Assembly (NCBI GenBank): GCA_963700635.1
Contig: CAVOYH010000004.1
Span: 704,001 to 768,000, forward strand
Length of the DNA stretch: 64,000 nucleotides
Direction of reading: 5' to 3'
Origin: an uncultured Bacteroidota bacterium
Lineage (GTDB): Bacteria > Bacteroidota > Ignavibacteria > UBA10030 > UBA6906
Shown: positions 58,557 through 64,000 of the stretch, one piece after another
Numbering within the stretch: position 1 is the first letter of the stretch
Layout of the letters: each line of letters begins with the position of its first letter
The notes under the pieces: generated by a model
Database searches by the model: none
Seen by the model: the letters and a program-made list of their open reading frames with translations, nothing else
What the model was told of the DNA's origin: nothing
Program-made: the position numbers and the translations under genes

Positions 58557-59724
58557 ATGATGATGAAGAGAGATCGTCCGAAACAGATAGCCCACCTTGA
58601 CCTCGACTGTTTTTTTGTCTCCGTAGAACGTATCGAGGATCCCGCCTTGCGGGGAAAACCGGTTGCGGTCGGCGGATCTCCGCAGGGGCGGGGTGTTGTA
58701 GCGTCGGCGTCATACGAAGCCCGGGCGTTTGGAGTCCGGTCGGCCATGTCTGCCGCCCAGGCACTCCGGTTGTGTCCTACCCTGGTGCTGGTCCGGGGGC
58801 ATCACCGCGACTACGGAGAAATCTCTGACCGCCTCTGCACGCGCCTGCAGGAACTTGCACCCGTTGTGGAACGTGCCTCGATCGACGAATTCTACCTGGA
58901 TCTCACCGGATGTGAGGGACTTTACGGAGGTGATCTGGGGAAGTTTATCCGGATCATCCAGCAGCTGGTCCTCGAAGAATTCAGCCTGCCCTGCTCGGTA
59001 GCCCTCGCGAGCAACAAGACGCTGGCAAAAATCGCCGTCGGGACGGTGAAACCATCGGGAGTGTGTGTGGTTCCGCCCGGAGAGGAAGCGAATTTCCTCG
59101 CACCGCTGCCCATCGGGGTGATACCCGGCGTGGGCGCCAAAACAGAGGCCCGGCTCATTGCAAGGGGAATCCGGACGATCCAGGATATGCAGCAGCGTAC
59201 CCTCGAGCAGATTACCACCCTGCTCGGCGCCCACGGTGTCTGGCTTCATGATGTGGCACACGGCCGCGGGAGCGAAGAACTTGTCACACACTGGACGCGC
59301 AAGAGCATCAGCAGGGGGAAGAGACGTTTTCCGTCGACCTGAAGAGTTTTGAAGAGCTCGAGCAGGAAATGCACCTGCTCGTCGAAGACGTGTGCTCGAC
59401 TCTGCGCGGCAAGGGCTGGCGCACGCAGACGATTCAGGTGAAAATCCGATATAACGATTTTTCCACGTTTACCTCGGCGCGGACGGTTGAAGGGACTAAC
59501 GATGATCCGGTAGTGTACCGGGCAACAAAGGAGCTGCTCCGGCATCTGTACGATGCCCGTCCGGTGCGCCTTCTCGGCGTGCATCTTTCGAATTTTACGT
59601 CGGGCGAACAGCTCCAGCTCGATTTTGCGGACCGGAGTCAGGGCAGGGAGAACGGATGTTGAAGGCCGTGGACGATCTGCGGGCAAAATTCGGCGATGAT
59701 GTGATTCATGTGGGGCATGCATGA
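58557..59724 (+). pseudogene. dinB: DNA polymerase IV split by two frameshifts (probably assembly errors)
   Basis: HLDLDCFFVSVE, ASYEAR.FGVRSAM, SIDEFYLD, little-finger VKIRY.DF...VRLLGV, tail AVDDLRAKFG. Breaks at the G-run 59314-59318 and near 59645-59650. Final TGA overlaps the next ATG. Confidence 0.85.
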
Positions 59725-61142
59725 TCGGACCGCTGGCGATTGTGGATGTTGAGACCACGGGGATGAGCGCGGCGTACGGGCGCATCATCGAGATCGGCGT
59801 CATCAGGGTGGAAAAGGGGAAGGTCGTGCGTGCGTACGAATCGCTCGTGGACCCCGAATGTTACGTCCAGCCGCTCATCCAGCAGCTGACCGGCATCAAC
59901 AATCAGGACGTGGAGGGTGCGCCGTTATTTTCCGAGATATCACGTGAGGTGGCGGCGCTTCTGGATGGGGCGATCTTTGTTGCGCACAATGCCCGGTTTG
60001 ATGTGGGGTTTCTGAAACAGGAGTTTGCGCGCGTGGGGCGCCCGTTCTCGCCCCGGTGTCTGTGCACGATGAAACTCTCGCGCCGGCTCTTCCCCGAACA
60101 CCGGCGGCACGATCTGGGAAGTATCATCGAACGGTACCGGCTGGAGTGTCCGGCGCGCCACCGTGCCATGGGCGACGCGCGGGCAGTGTACGCGTTTCTC
60201 CGGTATCTGGAAGAGAAGGAGCCGGAGGACCGGCTTTCAGGTGCGCTGCAGCACGTGCTCAAGGATGCACGCCTGCCGCCCCACGTCGAACGGGCGGACG
60301 TCCGGACTCTTCCCGATAGCTGCGGTGTGTACATCTTTTACGGCAGCCAGGAGGAGGTGCTGTACGTCGGCAAGAGCAAGACAATCCGCACCCGGGTGCT
60401 GGGCCATTTTGCGGACGACAGCCGTTCGACCAAGGAAATGGAACTGGGCCGGTCTGTCACCCGCATTGAGACACGGTCCACTCCCGGTGAGCTGGGCGCG
60501 CTCCTGCTCGAGTCCGAGCTGATCAAACAACTCCGGCCGGTTTACAATACGCGCTCCCGGAGTATCCGCCGTGTCATCCTGGCCCGGGGCAGAAAGTCGA
60601 AGGAGGGATATCTGGAAATATCCCTTGAACCCACGGAAGAGATCGCAGCATCCGGGTGCACGTCGATACTTGCCGTCTTCAAGTCGCGCAAACAGGCCGA
60701 CGAATTCCTCAGGGATACGGCCCAGGAATATCATCTCTGTTCCAAACTCCTTGGACTGGAACGTTCGAAGGGCGCCTGCTTCGGATATCATCTTCATCAA
60801 TGCGGGGGTGCGTGTATTGGCGAGGAAGCGGTGGCGGAATACAATCGCCGGGTGGAAGAAGCATTCCAGCGCAGACGGGTCGTGGCATGGCCGTACCCCG
60901 GCACGATCGGCATCGAAGAAACCGATCCGCGCACCGAAGAAACACAGATGTTTTTTGTGGACAACTGGTGTCTTATCGGCACAGCCCGCGCGGCGAACGG
61001 GATGGAACGGCTGGAAGCCGCACCCACAGTCCGGTTCGATTATGATACCTACAAAATTCTGGCAAGGTTTATCATGAACCCGGCCAACAAACGGAGCATC
61101 AAGAGAGTCGCCTGGCCTATGAATACGGAGCGTTCCGCATGA
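59721..61142 (+). CDS. DEDDh 3'-5' exonuclease (DnaQ-like) fused to GIY-YIG Cho/UvrC-like endonuclease
   Basis: IVDVETTG, AHNARFD, HRAMGDA; GVYIF..LYVGKS..IRTRV..HF, LLESELIK.LRP.YN; Cys cluster CF.YHL.QCGGAC. Confidence 0.9.
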   Translation: MIGPLAIVDVETTGMSAAYGRIIEIGVIRVEKGKVVRAYESLVDPECYVQPLIQQLTGINNQDVEGAPLFSEISREVAALLDGAIFVAHNARFDVGFLKQEFARVGRPFSPRCLCTMKLSRRLFPEHRRHDLGSIIERYRLECPARHRAMGDARAVYAFLRYLEEKEPEDRLSGALQHVLKDARLPPHVERADVRTLPDSCGVYIFYGSQEEVLYVGKSKTIRTRVLGHFADDSRSTKEMELGRSVTRIETRSTPGELGALLLESELIKQLRPVYNTRSRSIRRVILARGRKSKEGYLEISLEPTEEIAASGCTSILAVFKSRKQADEFLRDTAQEYHLCSKLLGLERSKGACFGYHLHQCGGACIGEEAVAEYNRRVEEAFQRRRVVAWPYPGTIGIEETDPRTEETQMFFVDNWCLIGTARAANGMERLEAAPTVRFDYDTYKILARFIMNPANKRSIKRVAWPMNTERSA

Positions 61143-61863
61143 AAAAATCCCGGCAGTCCACGGAAAGCCCTGACGAGGCGATGCGCTACGTCACCACGGA
61201 TATGATCAGGCGGGCGCTGCGCTGGCCCGCCGGCGGGGACGCACGGTCATCATCTCCAAAACGGCAAGAGGAAAGGGAGTGGACATTTCGACGCTCGACC
61301 CCGATTCCCCTGAAGGGCTGCAGCGGCTCACCGCCTATCTCACACCCGTGCAGCGGCACTATACGTTTTCCGGTCTTGGAGCGCCCGAAGAACCAGACGC
61401 CATAAACTGGCGGCAGATCAACTTCGGCTTCTTCCGGAGGGTCCGGGTGTTGGTGCAGGTAGGCGTGTCGTTCTTCTTAAAAGGCACTCCCCTCAAGAAC
61501 CGCCTCTACCGGCGGATGGGGGCGCATATCGGACGGAATGTGGAAATCATGCAGATGGTGTGGCTGGATCATTTCAGGCCGGAACTAATTTTTGTGGGCG
61601 ACAACACGCTTATCGGGGCTTTCAGCCGGCTTACCGTGCACGCCTACGAAGGGTCGGGAAAATTCCGGTACGGACTTATCGAAATCGGGAAGCAGTGTGT
61701 CATAGGGGCAGGTACGGGCATCGGCCCGATTCTTATCGAAGATGGTGTACGGACACTACCAGGTACGACGCTTTCTCCGTATCTTGCAAGGGTACGGGCG
61801 GGCTCCGTGGTGGGATTTTCTCCGCCACCGGTCAAACTTCCTGACCCCCCGGCCGCCACCTGA
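61139..61863 (+). CDS. Hexapeptide-repeat acyltransferase-like protein (probable frameshift near 61219; intact portion 61279-61863)
   Basis: KNRLYRRMGAHIGRNV, DHFRPELIFVGDNTLIG, IEIGKQCVIGAG; ATG 61139 overlaps the upstream stop (ATGA). Confidence 0.65.
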
Positions 61864-61902
61864 TCCGCAAGCGACTATTCATTCATAATATCGGAGTCTC
61901 AC

Positions 61903-62289
61903 GTGCATATCCATGTAGCCAATCTCCCGAGGGAGATCGATGAAAAAGAAATCCGGAAGCTGTTTGCCCCCTACGGGACACTCAGCTCGGTAAAGATTGA
62001 CCTGGACAAACTGACGGGCAAGCCAACGGGTTTTGCCGAGGTGGAAATTGCCGAAGATGAACAGGGCAAAAAAGCCATCAGCGAACTTCACGGAAAAAAG
62101 CTCACGGACTACGCGCTTTCGCTGAAGGACATCACCGAGCCCAAGGAAGGCGAAAAACACCAGGAGGGCAAAGGCGGCCGGGGACGAAAAGGCGGGGATG
62201 GGACCCGGGGCGGAGCACGCGGATACGGCTTCCGCGGAGGCGGGTCGCAGGGTGGCGTCGCGCGACGGGGTGGGCAGCGTGGTTCGTAA
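61903..62289 (+). CDS. RRM RNA-binding protein with Gly/Arg-rich tail
   Basis: IHVANLP, LFAPYG, D..TG.PTGFAEVE, AISELHG; RGG-rich C-terminus; RBS GGAG. Confidence 0.85.
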   Translation: MHIHVANLPREIDEKEIRKLFAPYGTLSSVKIDLDKLTGKPTGFAEVEIAEDEQGKKAISELHGKKLTDYALSLKDITEPKEGEKHQEGKGGRGRKGGDGTRGGARGYGFRGGGSQGGVARRGGQRGS

Positions 62290-62334
62290 AACGTATGCCG
62301 GGACCGGCAGCATGCGCGGGGGAGTATCAGCCTG

Positions 62335-63153
62335 ATGCATGTCCGCGTTCTCGGAAGTTCAAGTGCCGGCAACTGTACGGTCATCTGGGAAGACCATCGC
62401 GCTATCCTCATTGATATAGGGTTCAGCTTACGCTATATCAGCAGGCACCTGCGGACGGTCGGACTTACGCTGCGGGAAGTGGCGGGTGTGGTGATCACCC
62501 ATGCGCACGGGGACCATGTGCATCCGCAGACGCTCATCAGCCTCATGGCGCTGGGCATTCCTGTTCTTGCGCCGCATACCGTTCTGGAAGTGCTGGGCGA
62601 TCAATACCGGGATTTCCGCAAGGCCAGCGGAACACCCCGCATCCGTCCCGTTGTATCCGGCCACGCCGAGGTCGGCCCCTTCGTGCTGGATGCCTGTGCG
62701 GTTCCGCATGATGCGCCGGGCGGATGTTATTCGTATGCCGTTATGGCGGAAAACCATGCGGGAATGGCGAAGGCCACAGTGGCCACGGATCTGGGGTATG
62801 TGCCCGAGGGGCTCGCCGCCCACTGTGCTGACTCCCACGTTCTCGTGGTTGAATCCAATCACGACCCGGTCATGCTGGAAAGCTCCCGCCGGCCCCTCTG
62901 GCTGAAGGAGCGTATCCGGACGATCGGCCATCTCTCCAACGATCAGTCCGGCCGGTTCGTGCGTGACGTGCTTTCGGTGTCCAGCTTCCTGCCCGAGGCG
63001 GTTGTGCTTGCCCACGTCAGCAACGAATGTAATACCAACGCGCGGGCGGTGGCCTCCATGCAGCAAAATCTCCACGATCACGGCGCACAGACCGTGCGGG
63101 TTGTGGAAACCTTCCGGAATGCACCCAACGAAACGGTATCCTTCTGCATCTGA
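62335..63153 (+). CDS. MBL-fold metallo-hydrolase, YycJ/WalJ-like
   Basis: LGSSSAGNC, LIDIG, THAHGDH, VPHDA, ATDLG, VESNHD, GHLSN, LAHVS..CN. Confidence 0.88.
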   Translation: MHVRVLGSSSAGNCTVIWEDHRAILIDIGFSLRYISRHLRTVGLTLREVAGVVITHAHGDHVHPQTLISLMALGIPVLAPHTVLEVLGDQYRDFRKASGTPRIRPVVSGHAEVGPFVLDACAVPHDAPGGCYSYAVMAENHAGMAKATVATDLGYVPEGLAAHCADSHVLVVESNHDPVMLESSRRPLWLKERIRTIGHLSNDQSGRFVRDVLSVSSFLPEAVVLAHVSNECNTNARAVASMQQNLHDHGAQTVRVVETFRNAPNETVSFCI

Positions 63154-63183
63154 GTGAACCCTTCGGGCCGAAATAATGTTAAG

Positions 63184-63810
63184 ATGAGCATGAGAATCTA
63201 TCAGGTGACAACCATCATGCTGCTTCTTGTTTCAGCGGCGTTTTCACAACAGTCCGGACGCAAAACCATGGAAAAGGCGACTCTCGGTGCAGGATGTTTC
63301 TGGTGTGTGGAGGCGGTGTTCGAACGGCTGGACGGCGTTACGGCAGTCGTGGCCGGATACGCCGGAGGGAAGACGCCCGATCCAACATACGATCAGGTGT
63401 GCTCGGGAAACACCGGACACGCAGAAGTCGCAGAAATTACGTTCGATCCCGCCCGCCTGACCTACACGCGGCTGCTCGATCTGTTCTGGGAAGCGCACGA
63501 TCCCACAACATTAAACCGGCAGGGGGGCGACGTCGGAACGCAGTACCGCTCGGTGATCTTTTATCACTCGGCTGCCCAGAAGGCGGCTGCCGAAGCTTCC
63601 CGCACACAGGCACAAAAATATTTTGACCGCCCCATCGTTACAGAAATCCAGCCGCTCGAGCGTTTTTACGCGGCGGAAAATTACCATCAGGATTATTTCC
63701 GGAATAATCCCAATGCAGCATACTGCAAGATGGTGATCCAGCCGAAGCTCGATAAACTCAAGGCGAAGGAAAAAGAGAAGAGCAGGGAGAAGGGTAAGGC
63801 GGCGCAGTAA
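63184..63810 (+). CDS. msrA: Peptide-methionine (S)-S-oxide reductase with signal peptide (start approximate)
   Basis: GCFWCVE, GYAGG, PTYDQVCSG.TGHAE, HDPTTLNRQG.D.GTQYRS, AENYHQDY, YC. Confidence 0.93.
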   Translation: MSMRIYQVTTIMLLLVSAAFSQQSGRKTMEKATLGAGCFWCVEAVFERLDGVTAVVAGYAGGKTPDPTYDQVCSGNTGHAEVAEITFDPARLTYTRLLDLFWEAHDPTTLNRQGGDVGTQYRSVIFYHSAAQKAAAEASRTQAQKYFDRPIVTEIQPLERFYAAENYHQDYFRNNPNAAYCKMVIQPKLDKLKAKEKEKSREKGKAAQ

Positions 63811-63850
63811 CCGGAAATCTCTCTCCACAATTGTTCAAGAGGTGTAGACT

Positions 63851-64000
63851 ATGAAACCGATTATTCGTGGAACAACACTGACTGTTGTACTGGCCCTGCT
63901 GGTGGTTGCCTGCAGCACAGTGCCTATCACGGGCAGAAAACAGTTAAGCATCATCCCGGCAGGCGAAATGCTCAGCATGAGTTATCAGGAGTACGGTGAG
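63851..64000 (+). CDS. M48-family lipoprotein metallopeptidase, N-terminal fragment (truncated by window end)
   Basis: RBS GAGG; MKPIIRGTTLTVVLALLVVAC-STVPITGRKQL, a typical M48 lipoprotein N-terminus; catalytic motif not in the window. Confidence 0.7.
   Translation, partial: MKPIIRGTTLTVVLALLVVACSTVPITGRKQLSIIPAGEMLSMSYQEYGE

Noticed and set aside
62296-62309. Hairpin TGCCGG-GA-CCGGCA after the RRM gene
   Set aside because: It has a 2-nt loop and no U-tract, so it is not supportable as a terminator.
1-64000. CRISPR arrays, tRNA/rRNA genes, IS elements, prophage or anti-phage defence genes
   Set aside because: No spaced direct repeats, tRNA arms, transposase or phage hallmark motifs were seen by eye, and the intergenic spaces are short.

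Overview
This is a gene-dense, fairly GC-rich bacterial chromosome segment with about 63 CDS. I found no rRNA, tRNA, CRISPR array, IS or prophage. Gene content points to the FCB group, most likely an Ignavibacteria-like organism (inference): DUF2795, DUF4835/PorV-like T9SS-type genes, bshA, a carboxypeptidase-regulatory-domain TonB receptor, and many signal peptides followed by Gln. The first ~38 kb is mostly housekeeping (lysS, ctpA, ybeY-smg-topA-xerC-hpf-hprK, a BamA/TamA gene, holB, metG, mnmA, bshA, ackA) plus two unusual fusions, TatD-radical SAM and SulP-STAS-PTS EIIA. The most interesting part is a divergent locus at about 38.3-58.5 kb. The minus-strand arm runs from a CHASE2 class III adenylate cyclase to an SH3-M48 protease fusion, two ABC exporter modules with an orphan exported protein, and a Yip1 protein. 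The plus-strand arm runs from a small beta-barrel to a WD40-CsgG/HfaB protein, two LPP20-type proteins and a six-gene glycosylation cassette. I propose this as a candidate uncharacterised envelope-sensing/surface-assembly system. Five frameshifts between 57.9 and 61.3 kb (GT-C gene, dinB, acyltransferase), four of them at short homopolymers, are most likely assembly errors. All family assignments come from motif recognition by eye, not database searches.
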